Virus record (IMG/VR): IMGVR_UViG_3300005758_000618
Span: 1 to 32,313 of that record
Strand: one strand, 5' to 3'
DNA: 32,313 nucleotides
DNA from: a virus
Lineage: Duplodnaviria > Caudoviricetes
Shown: piece after piece, positions 1-7,483 of the stretch
Numbering within the stretch: position 1 is the first letter of the stretch
How the letters are laid out: every line of letters begins with the position of its first letter
Program-made: the position numbers and the translations under genes
Notes under the pieces: model-generated
Seen by the model: only the letters and a program-made list of their open reading frames with translations
Databases searched by the model: none
Told to the model about the DNA's origin: nothing

Positions 1-101
1 TCGTTTTCGTAATTTTTATATGATTCGCGAATCTTTTTGTCCAACTGTTGATGCTTTTCTTTTAGCGAGTACAACAATCTTTCAGCACGACCATTAACCA
101 T
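1..101 (-). CDS. Small coiled-coil protein, DUF465/YdcH-like (partial, runs off the left edge)
   Basis: Not in the ORF track. ATG at 101 reads MVNGRAERLLYSLKEKHQQLDKKIRESYKNYEN..., open to the window edge and 1 nt after the PRTase stop. The LxxxHxxLDxxI pattern resembles DUF465. Confidence 0.6.
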   Translation of the reverse strand, partial: MVNGRAERLLYSLKEKHQQLDKKIRESYKNYEN

Positions 102-102
102 T

Positions 103-570
103 TTATTTCCTTTTCCACCAATCTTCCCATGGGAACACAAACCATTGATCATCAATACTTCTGGATATCTCTCTACCTGAGTAGTTTATATTGACCTTTG
201 ATTCAATATTTTCAATAGCTACGGCAGTATAGAAGTCTGTGTAATCCTGAGCTATAACTACCTCGAGCATTTCTGATAATGTCTTACCTGAATCACAAAT
301 GTCATCAACTAGTAGTATAGTGAATCCCCAGTACTTGTCTAGTACTGCAACCAGTGACTGTATATCTTTTTCTTCCCCGTCGCGAGTTTGCCATACAATA
401 GGAACAAACGGAACTTCATAGTAGTTGCTTAGTTTGATTCCTAGATCAGCACCACCCCGCATGGGTGCAATGATAACTTCTGGTGCTACATTATCTTTGG
501 CCATTTGACGAACAACTTCGCTGTAGTAGTTGTTCATTTGTTCGTGTGTTAGATATTCATATTTAGGCAT
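103..570 (-). CDS. Type I phosphoribosyltransferase (xanthine/guanine PRTase-like)
   Basis: PRPP-binding loop LLVDDICDSGKT, N-terminal APMRGG and C-terminal WFVFPWE, typical of Gpt-like purine PRTases. Confidence 0.88.
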   Translation of the reverse strand: MPKYEYLTHEQMNNYYSEVVRQMAKDNVAPEVIIAPMRGGADLGIKLSNYYEVPFVPIVWQTRDGEEKDIQSLVAVLDKYWGFTILLVDDICDSGKTLSEMLEVVIAQDYTDFYTAVAIENIESKVNINYSGREISRSIDDQWFVFPWEDWWKRK

Positions 571-575
571 AGTTT

Positions 576-604
576 ATATTAACTTACTTTGCAAGTTTTG
601 TCAA
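576..604 (-). promoter_or_regulatory. Sigma70-type promoter, probably leaderless, for the PRTase
   Basis: Minus strand TTGACA-N17-TAATAT, then only 5 nt to the ATG and no Shine-Dalgarno. Confidence 0.65.
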
Positions 605-607
605 GAA

Positions 608-1588
608 TTACTTTTTACGTTTCTTTTCCCATGCAACTGCATGAGTAATAATATCTTCCAAACCATACACTGGTTCCCAACCTAGCATTTCTTTAGCCTT
701 TGAAATATCAGCCCAAGTCTTAGCAGGATCACCTGGTCGTGCATTTTCTAAAAATACATCAATAGTCTTACCTGTTTCTTTTTCAACTGCGCTAATGATT
801 TCCTTTACTGAATAGGGCTTGCCAGCGCCGAGATTAAATGCAGCACTTTCATTGCCATCATCTAAATAATTCATCGCATTAATGTGTGCCCTGGCGATAT
901 CATACACATGAGTATAATCACGTTCTGCTGTACCATCTTTGGTAGGATAGTCTGTACCAAATACAGGTACAGTTTCATCAGCAAGCGCCCGTTGAACTAC
1001 AATAGGAACTAGATGACCTGGGGGATCTTGTGTATATCCGCATTGGCCATCGGGATCAGCACCAGCAGCATTAAAATATCTCAACGACACAAATTTCATA
1101 TTGCTATATGCCTTTTCGTAATCTTTGAGAATCATTTCAATCATAGTCTTACTGCGAGCATACGGACTGATAGGCAACATTGCATCAGTTTCTTTATTTG
1201 CTACAGTAGTTGTGCCACCATAAATTGAACTGGAACTACTAAAAATAAAGTTTTTAACACCTGCGGCTACTGCATGATTGAGTAGATTGATTGTGTTAGC
1301 AACATTATTTGTATAGTAACCAGCTGGATCAATAAAACTCTCTGCTACTTGATGAGTCGCTGCAAGATGAATAATCGTATCGGGCTTTGTTAGTTGCAGA
1401 ATACCTTTGAGTTGGTGATTGTCAATATCAAATGGATACTGATGTACGCCTGGAATCTCGCATTTCTTCCGGTCAACGTTAATAACATTATGCCCTGCTT
1501 GAACCAGCAGCCTGCAAGTAAGATTACCGATAAAGCCACTGCCTCCGGTTACTAATACTGTCTTTGGTTCTCGTTCAATCTTTTTCAT
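608..1588 (-). CDS. galE: UDP-glucose 4-epimerase (extended SDR)
   Basis: VTGGSGFIG NAD-binding motif, catalytic YARSK (YxxxK), LRYFNAAGAD and GTDYPTKDGTAERDYTHV, all characteristic of GalE. Confidence 0.9.
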   Translation of the reverse strand: MKKIEREPKTVLVTGGSGFIGNLTCRLLVQAGHNVINVDRKKCEIPGVHQYPFDIDNHQLKGILQLTKPDTIIHLAATHQVAESFIDPAGYYTNNVANTINLLNHAVAAGVKNFIFSSSSSIYGGTTTVANKETDAMLPISPYARSKTMIEMILKDYEKAYSNMKFVSLRYFNAAGADPDGQCGYTQDPPGHLVPIVVQRALADETVPVFGTDYPTKDGTAERDYTHVYDIARAHINAMNYLDDGNESAAFNLGAGKPYSVKEIISAVEKETGKTIDVFLENARPGDPAKTWADISKAKEMLGWEPVYGLEDIITHAVAWEKKRKK

Positions 1589-2670
1589 AATATATGTTTC
1601 CTAATTGTCTCGTATAAAATTTTGCCACTAAAGAAATTTTGTTGCAGAATTTCTACTTGTGCTTCTAATTCTTGCATCCTAGATTCGTATGAATCCATGT
1701 GCGCTTGAATAGTTTGGCACAGTTGTTGTCGGTGTGCTTCATATGATTCAAACGATTCAGTCCACACACTTGGATACTTGAATGTATGCAACGCCATTTC
1801 ACTATAACTAAGACGATCCGGTACTAATGGTATTGCACCAGCCGCTGCACCCTCATACCAACTGATACCTAATGTTTCTTGTAAGTTGGCACTGAATACC
1901 ATTTTAGCTTCTCCTAGCAGTGTATGATATTCCTGCTTGGATAAGCTCTTCTCTTGGCATACTACAAATTCATACTGGGGCAGATGCTTTGCTAGATCTT
2001 TAAAAATATCTAGTTGCTTTTCCGGTGCGATACGATGTGGGAATAATATAAGGTCACGCTTGTTTGTATTTTTATGACCATACATCATATGTTCTAGATA
2101 TTCCATTGGCCAACCGCATCTTACGACCTTACCTTCTCGAATATATCTATGCCGAACGCTATCTGGATCGATGCCTAGAAGATTTAAGCTAAACAAGTCA
2201 ATGTGAAAATCTGTGGCAAAATAGTTATGATCAATGGCATAGAATAATGCCTTTTCGGTATGTCGTACCCAAGAAGCATTACCAATGAGGCGACCTAAAA
2301 AGTCCGCAGGATCATAACTTCCTGCATGCCACATACCACCAATCATAATTTTAATACCCAACAGCTCTGCCATATATTTTAGCTGTAGAATTGTTGGGTT
2401 CCATGCGTCAGTATATAGAAAGTAGTCCCCGTCTTTGATTTTACCAGCAGCAAACATTTGCGAAATAGTTTTTAACTGTTCGCTCTTCCAGTAGTTAGTA
2501 CCACTGAAGTTTAGAAAAGCGCCAGGCGTTGTGTCCTGTGGAGCATCACTTGGACCTTCTATCACTTCAACAGGAAGTCCTGCCATCAGCATCTGTGATG
2601 GCAGGAACTGCTTCCATTGTTTAGTGTATCTAGTTTCTACGGGTTCTAGTTCAACTATATAGACTGTCAT
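1585..2670 (-). CDS. GT-B fold glycosyltransferase (GT4-like, retaining)
   Basis: C-terminal domain with FPHRIAPEK and an E-x7-E motif (ETLGISWYE). Overlaps galE by 4 nt. Confidence 0.8.
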   Translation of the reverse strand: MTVYIVELEPVETRYTKQWKQFLPSQMLMAGLPVEVIEGPSDAPQDTTPGAFLNFSGTNYWKSEQLKTISQMFAAGKIKDGDYFLYTDAWNPTILQLKYMAELLGIKIMIGGMWHAGSYDPADFLGRLIGNASWVRHTEKALFYAIDHNYFATDFHIDLFSLNLLGIDPDSVRHRYIREGKVVRCGWPMEYLEHMMYGHKNTNKRDLILFPHRIAPEKQLDIFKDLAKHLPQYEFVVCQEKSLSKQEYHTLLGEAKMVFSANLQETLGISWYEGAAAGAIPLVPDRLSYSEMALHTFKYPSVWTESFESYEAHRQQLCQTIQAHMDSYESRMQELEAQVEILQQNFFSGKILYETIRKHIL

Positions 2671-2673
2671 GTG

Positions 2674-3348
2674 TTATTTTCTGCTACCAAAAAGTTGTAG
2701 TAAATTTAGGAAAAGATTAATAAAGTCCAAATACAGCGTTAATGCTCCGGTTACCTCGGCATTGCCTCTGTTATCAAACATAACCATTTCTCTAATCTTT
2801 TGTGTATCATAGGCAGTTAAACCTAGAAAAATAATCACTGCCAGCGCACTAATTACCATCTGCATCACAGTACTACCAATAAAAATATTAACAATACTTG
2901 CAATGATAATACCGATTAGACCTACAAACATAAATGATCCAACGCTAGTTAGATCTCGTTTGGTTGTATAACCGTATAGCGTCATTGCTAGAAACAAACA
3001 TGCTGCACCTAGGAATGCTTGGACAATGCTCAGTGAAGTATATACTGCAAAGATAGTTGCAAAGCTCAGACCCATTAATGCTGCAAATCCATGCAACATT
3101 AATTGTGCTGTTTGTTTTGATGCAGTCGGCATCTTAAATGAAATAAAGAATACTGCAACCAATGGTGCAAAAATAACAACCCATTTTGTTATTCCAGTGA
3201 AGAAAAAGTTTAGCAATGCTGGACTGTTGCCAACAAAGTAACTCACTAACATTGAAGTAACTATGGCTAGAAACATGTTTTGATAAACACGAGTCATTGC
3301 TTCGTTTACTCTTGCAACATCCATCTTTATAGATTCTTTATAAAACAT
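2674..3348 (-). CDS. Bax inhibitor-1/YccA family membrane protein
   Basis: About seven hydrophobic segments, YGYTTKRDL, TAYDTQKI and C-terminal GALTLYLDFINLFLNLL signature. Confidence 0.92.
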   Translation of the reverse strand: MFYKESIKMDVARVNEAMTRVYQNMFLAIVTSMLVSYFVGNSPALLNFFFTGITKWVVIFAPLVAVFFISFKMPTASKQTAQLMLHGFAALMGLSFATIFAVYTSLSIVQAFLGAACLFLAMTLYGYTTKRDLTSVGSFMFVGLIGIIIASIVNIFIGSTVMQMVISALAVIIFLGLTAYDTQKIREMVMFDNRGNAEVTGALTLYLDFINLFLNLLQLFGSRK

Positions 3349-3368
3349 TTTATTATCCTAACACTAAA

Positions 3369-3548
3369 TTACATTGCGTTCTTTTTGTCTTGAATCTCGG
3401 CACGACGAGCCTTAGTTAGCTTACCAAGTTCGCCCAAAGCCTTACGAGCACGAGCGGCTGCTGCCTTCACGCCCTTAACTTCAAATGCTTCAGATTCCTT
3501 AATGTATTCTTCGAATACTGCCTTAATCTTTAGATGTGTCTCGGTCAT
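3369..3548 (-). CDS. Histone H1-like (Hc1-family) small basic protein, 59 aa
   Basis: Below the ORF-track cutoff. Reads MTETHLKIKAVFEEYIKESEAFEVKGVKAAAARARKALGELGKLTKARRAEIQDKKNAM*, has an AGGAGA Shine-Dalgarno and fills the gap between neighbours. KGxKAAxxRARK is Hc1-like. Confidence 0.8.
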   Translation of the reverse strand: MTETHLKIKAVFEEYIKESEAFEVKGVKAAAARARKALGELGKLTKARRAEIQDKKNAM

Positions 3549-3560
3549 TGTTTTCTCCTA

Positions 3561-3971
3561 TTATCTAAAATATGTTGGACCGTCAACTTGCCAATCCTCT
3601 GTGGGCTTGGGGAAGTCGATCTCGCAACCGTTTTCATTGTCTTCGGCTACGCTAATTTTTAGCCAGCGATTAGGATACTTTGCCCTAACCTCTTTGGCTA
3701 AATCTTCTGCGATCATTTCGCAGCTCTTGTGATTCAGTTCTAGCACACCCTGACTGTACTGACGTTCCATCCAACGCTTGAACTGAATAAATTCAATGTC
3801 TCGATCATCGTGAAACACTTCGATCCAAACTTTGAAATGAAAAATGTGCCTATGCGGCACACCTAGAAAACTTACATCGTCCCAATCGCCTGTGGCTAAC
3901 TTTGGATCCTTATCGGCACCCGGATACATATGAATGCCTTCTTTTTGAAATGTAACCCAAATAGTTTTCAT
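3561..3971 (-). CDS. QueD/PTPS-like T-fold protein with LxxxHRHxF motif (DpdL-like)
   Basis: EGIH...FLGVPHRHIFHF...SCEMIAE...VAEDNENG. Keeps three candidate metal-binding His and the T-fold Glu motifs, but lacks the CxxxHGH Cys of canonical QueD. Confidence 0.72.
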   Translation of the reverse strand: MKTIWVTFQKEGIHMYPGADKDPKLATGDWDDVSFLGVPHRHIFHFKVWIEVFHDDRDIEFIQFKRWMERQYSQGVLELNHKSCEMIAEDLAKEVRAKYPNRWLKISVAEDNENGCEIDFPKPTEDWQVDGPTYFR

Positions 3972-4171
3972 TGCTTGTCCTTGGTCTTTTTATCACTCAT
4001 TCGCTTTAACAGCTCTTCGTGAATCTCGTGGTCGTAGTATTTGCCTGTTTCTTTTCTGAGACGATTACGTTCTGAAATATATTTGTTAGATTCCCAAACA
4101 AACCAAATCAAAATAGAAAAGAAAATAATAGATGCAATACCTACTATAATGTTTATTAACAGCTCTATCAT
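3968..4171 (-). CDS. Small membrane-anchored hypothetical protein
   Basis: N-terminal hydrophobic helix followed by a charged tail; 4-nt overlaps with both neighbours. Confidence 0.65.
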   Translation of the reverse strand: MIELLINIIVGIASIIFFSILIWFVWESNKYISERNRLRKETGKYYDHEIHEELLKRMSDKKTKDKQ

Positions 4172-4350
4172 TTTTTAAACTCCTTTTCTATTTGTTCTAG
4201 TTCTTCGGGAAACTTAGCACCGCACTTTCTAACAAATTTAATAAATTTTAGAAATACTTCTTGCAAGTCCTGCTCGGTATCTAGACTTTCAACTTCTATA
4301 GTTGTAGTAACTGTAACTCCATCATCGTCGCATTCTAATTTTATATTCAT
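4168..4350 (-). CDS. Hypothetical protein, 60 aa
   Basis: Fits operon tiling and lies directly behind a sigma70-like promoter. Confidence 0.6.
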   Translation of the reverse strand: MNIKLECDDDGVTVTTTIEVESLDTEQDLQEVFLKFIKFVRKCGAKFPEELEQIEKEFKK

Positions 4351-4357
4351 ATATTGT

Positions 4358-4385
4358 ATAATACTATACTTTGGATTAAAGTCAA
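4358..4385 (-). promoter_or_regulatory. Sigma70-type promoter, probably leaderless
   Basis: TTGACT-N16-TATTAT, 7 nt before the ATG at 4350, no Shine-Dalgarno. Confidence 0.55.
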
Positions 4386-4900
4386 GTAATTACTTCATCC
4401 TTAGTATATTTAGACCAATCGGTGAATTGATCTCTGTTTTGTAGGCTGTGCAAATCATGACACCACACACCAGGATTTGATTTTCTAAATCCTGTATCAT
4501 CAATTTTGACTGTTGCATTATAATTGTACAACCGAATATAGGGAACCTTAACACTAATCATCGGTATAAAGTTATTATATTCGTTCCACCCATTATCATG
4601 AAACCAAGGATGCTTTGCATACTCTACATCAAAATCTAAGGTGACCCAGATATCGTCCTTGAGCAACGAAGTAATAAGTTCGTCCCAAGCACCCCATTCG
4701 CTGTCGCTAGGTTTAAAACTTTGATTAGCACCTAGATAGATATGAGGGCATTTATTGTTTAACGCTCGAGTTAAAATTTCCTCTTTTGGTTGTAAACCCA
4801 CAACAAATAGAGTCCTTTGCCCATATGCAGGGCTGTGCTCAACTTCAGTTCCAATAAAAAACTTTGTTGTATCGTCGTGACCGTCTCTATTCTCCATCAA
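4382..4900 (-). CDS. Conserved phage hypothetical protein coupled to the DpdA-like gene
   Basis: 172-aa ORF overlapping the DpdA-like stop. Globular and rich in aromatic residues (HIYLGANQSF, NPGVWCH); no motif I can assign. Confidence 0.75.
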   Translation of the reverse strand: MMENRDGHDDTTKFFIGTEVEHSPAYGQRTLFVVGLQPKEEILTRALNNKCPHIYLGANQSFKPSDSEWGAWDELITSLLKDDIWVTLDFDVEYAKHPWFHDNGWNEYNNFIPMISVKVPYIRLYNYNATVKIDDTGFRKSNPGVWCHDLHSLQNRDQFTDWSKYTKDEVIT

Positions 4901-6443
4901 AGTCTCCCATCATTGCTGGATCAAGCATTTCTTCTTCTCTGCTCACAGTCTCATCATGTACTGCGGTTGATGCTTCTTCAAAGAAGCTTGTATCGAGATG
5001 TGTCTCGGTAGCATAACTACCAAAGCTGATTTCTTCTAAGAACTTACTGTACTTGTCAATAAGTTCATATGGGTTTGGACATGCAGGATCTAGTACTTCT
5101 TGTACAAAACTATCAAAGTATACCACACTATATGGAACATATGGACTAAACTCGTTTGTTCCCTTGTTAGTCTTGTCATTGATCCAATCACTATAGTGTA
5201 CGTTAGCACGATACTTTTCCATATCGGCTAGACGATTAGCTTCTTGTACCGCTGTGATGTGATTGTATACGCTGTGACCCATGTAATAAAGATAGCTTTG
5301 TGTGTCCCAACTTGTGCTTTCTTTAGTCTTAGCCTTTCCGTTACGATCCAAGTCACCTTCTTCCATGCAGCAAATATCTCCTGCAACGAGTCTTTCCATG
5401 ATTGGGCCGTTGAACGGCATTGGTAATGTGCTACCTTTTAACTTTTGATTATCAAACGCACGGTTCATGAAATAACCAAAACGCTTAGGTGAGAAGTAAT
5501 TGTAGCTGTAGCATTGGCCATATGCTGTATTAACGAATGGGCTTGCTGCATCAAAACTAATTGTGATGTTTGGGCTATCGTGTTTGCGTAGCATACGCTG
5601 AATGCTAGTTAGATAGCAAGCCCAGTTGAGCTTACCGGTACCTAGGAAGTGGATCCAACCTTTACCTTCTAGTAGACCATCTTCGCGTAACTTTAGAATA
5701 CGCTTAAGAGCAATAGGCATGTTACGCATGTTAATACCAGCAAACGCATAGCCTTCTAGTGTGCGATTAGCATCACCATAGTTGGCTGCAACAAACTTAG
5801 GATCACTAAAATGCTTTACGCTTTCATACCAGTCATCTGCGCTCTTCTGATCAGTACCAGATAGTACATTTAGAAACTTAGTCTTACCAGGTACACGATT
5901 GCGTACAAAGTAATCTAAATTGAGCAAACTGATATCAATTGTATCTTGGATCTTAGTCAAGCCAGTCTTTTTGTTATAAGGTGGAACAGCGGCAAATCCT
6001 GGAATATCCAAGGTCATAGCCCAATCAGCGGTGTGCTCTAACCAACGAAGAATCTTTTCACAGAGATCGATTCTACTAGGGTCGTTTGGATCCTTAGCAT
6101 TGGTCCAATCTAGTTTTAACACACCGCTAGCTACTTGGAAACCACCCGAGTCGCCAAGAATAGTTGTATAACTACGATCGCGCAACTGCACCATAGGCTC
6201 TTCTGCATCACTACGAGCAGGATCTAAGTGGGCGTGACCAGCAGAGTATAGTCCGTATGGATAATGATAATAGGATTGATCCTTTTTAAGAAAATCAAGT
6301 CCTGCATTGCCTAACTCAAATCCAGCTGGTGTGCGCCAGTCGTTGGGATTAGCTAGTGTCTTTTGTAGTTGCTTGGTATAGAAACTGCTGATAGCAGGTA
6401 GATATACTGCATAATCACTTTGACGCTTACCTAAATCAGTCAT
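4887..6443 (-). CDS. dpdA: tRNA-guanine transglycosylase-like DNA base-exchange enzyme (DpdA-like)
   Basis: TGT motifs in the expected order: GDSGGFQ (catalytic Asp), MTLDIP (base-binding Asp), HFLG, SFDAASP (second catalytic Asp) and a late His (MGHSV). No CxCxxC zinc site. Confidence 0.78.
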   Translation of the reverse strand: MTDLGKRQSDYAVYLPAISSFYTKQLQKTLANPNDWRTPAGFELGNAGLDFLKKDQSYYHYPYGLYSAGHAHLDPARSDAEEPMVQLRDRSYTTILGDSGGFQVASGVLKLDWTNAKDPNDPSRIDLCEKILRWLEHTADWAMTLDIPGFAAVPPYNKKTGLTKIQDTIDISLLNLDYFVRNRVPGKTKFLNVLSGTDQKSADDWYESVKHFSDPKFVAANYGDANRTLEGYAFAGINMRNMPIALKRILKLREDGLLEGKGWIHFLGTGKLNWACYLTSIQRMLRKHDSPNITISFDAASPFVNTAYGQCYSYNYFSPKRFGYFMNRAFDNQKLKGSTLPMPFNGPIMERLVAGDICCMEEGDLDRNGKAKTKESTSWDTQSYLYYMGHSVYNHITAVQEANRLADMEKYRANVHYSDWINDKTNKGTNEFSPYVPYSVVYFDSFVQEVLDPACPNPYELIDKYSKFLEEISFGSYATETHLDTSFFEEASTAVHDETVSREEEMLDPAMMGDFDGE

Positions 6444-6444
6444 A

Positions 6445-7203
6445 TTAACCCTTCGCTGGGAGCAGATATGTATACTCGCCTAAGCCGCTTAGTACCTTAA
6501 TTTGTAATAGTCCCTTGTTGTTGATGCTTAGTACAATGTTTGCACTATCACCTAAACGTAGAATCTTAAGAACAATATCCAAAGGCCAGCGGAATTCGTG
6601 AGTGATATCACCGTCAACACCCTCTGCGATAAGAATCTTTGTACGATCGCTTACGCCGTCACCAATATGGAAGTACAACTTACCGTCCTTGGTCTTTGGC
6701 GCAAAGTTAGCTTCGTATGAACCAAGTACGCTGTTAAAGTAACCCAAGTCCTTAAGATTCTTTGCTGTTGGGATGATGTTAACATCAAACTCAGCGCCCT
6801 TAAACTTGATTTCTTTTAGTTGCTGATTAACAACATCAGCGAGCATGAAACGATAGTGTGCGTCAGTACCATCAGCGGCAACAAACTCTACTTCAACCGG
6901 AACGTCTTCACCGTTACGATTTTGTGTTGTTACTTGTACCGTTGCAGCCTCATCGTCAAAACCTGGATACTGCAAGTAACCCTGTAGAACACCCATACGG
7001 CTCAAGCCAACAGTAGCATCAACAAAGTCTGGTACTGGACTTACTGTCTTGCCTTTAAAGATAACAGTCTTTTCCGCATCAACAGTTTCAACAGAAGTTT
7101 CTTCCATTGTACCTGAAATCTTTACCATTTCGAAGATGCCAAGACTATGTGTGTGCTTTAGCACATCCTTTAGTGTGTCTTTGATGTAATTGTTCTTAGC
7201 CAT
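6445..7203 (-). CDS. Probable DNA polymerase sliding clamp (gp45/PCNA-like)
   Basis: 252 aa with an alternating alpha/beta pattern, ending in a clamp-like terminal strand YTYLLPA, next to the PolB gene. The call is from size, pattern and context. Confidence 0.65.
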   Translation of the reverse strand: MAKNNYIKDTLKDVLKHTHSLGIFEMVKISGTMEETSVETVDAEKTVIFKGKTVSPVPDFVDATVGLSRMGVLQGYLQYPGFDDEAATVQVTTQNRNGEDVPVEVEFVAADGTDAHYRFMLADVVNQQLKEIKFKGAEFDVNIIPTAKNLKDLGYFNSVLGSYEANFAPKTKDGKLYFHIGDGVSDRTKILIAEGVDGDITHEFRWPLDIVLKILRLGDSANIVLSINNKGLLQIKVLSGLGEYTYLLPAKG

Positions 7204-7204
7204 A

Positions 7205-7408
7205 TTAGTCGTTACGCTCCAATGATGCTGCTTCCTTAATTAGAACTAGTAGTTCGTCTAGTGTCTGGACAGTTAGCTTTACTGAAGCCCAGTCGTCTTC
7301 GCTGTTGCGACCACCAACTTCGATCATGAAGCCGTTGTCATACATATTGACAGTAAAGTTGTCATTTACTTTTGTAAGTTTATCGGAAATTTTTGTTACT
7401 TTTGCCAT
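7205..7408 (-). CDS. Conserved phage hypothetical protein, 67 aa
   Basis: AGGAG Shine-Dalgarno, first gene after a sigma70 promoter, 1 nt from the clamp start. Confidence 0.75.
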   Translation of the reverse strand: MAKVTKISDKLTKVNDNFTVNMYDNGFMIEVGGRNSEDDWASVKLTVQTLDELLVLIKEAASLERND

Positions 7409-7431
7409 ATTGATTCTCCTAGATTATGTTT

Positions 7432-7459
7432 AGTATACATTAATATTTAGATCTGTCAA
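7432..7459 (-). promoter_or_regulatory. Sigma70-type promoter for the 67aa-clamp-dpdA-172aa unit
   Basis: TTGACA-N16-TATACT with AT-rich upstream sequence. Confidence 0.75.
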
Positions 7460-7483
7460 GTGAAAATATATAATTTTTTTAGA

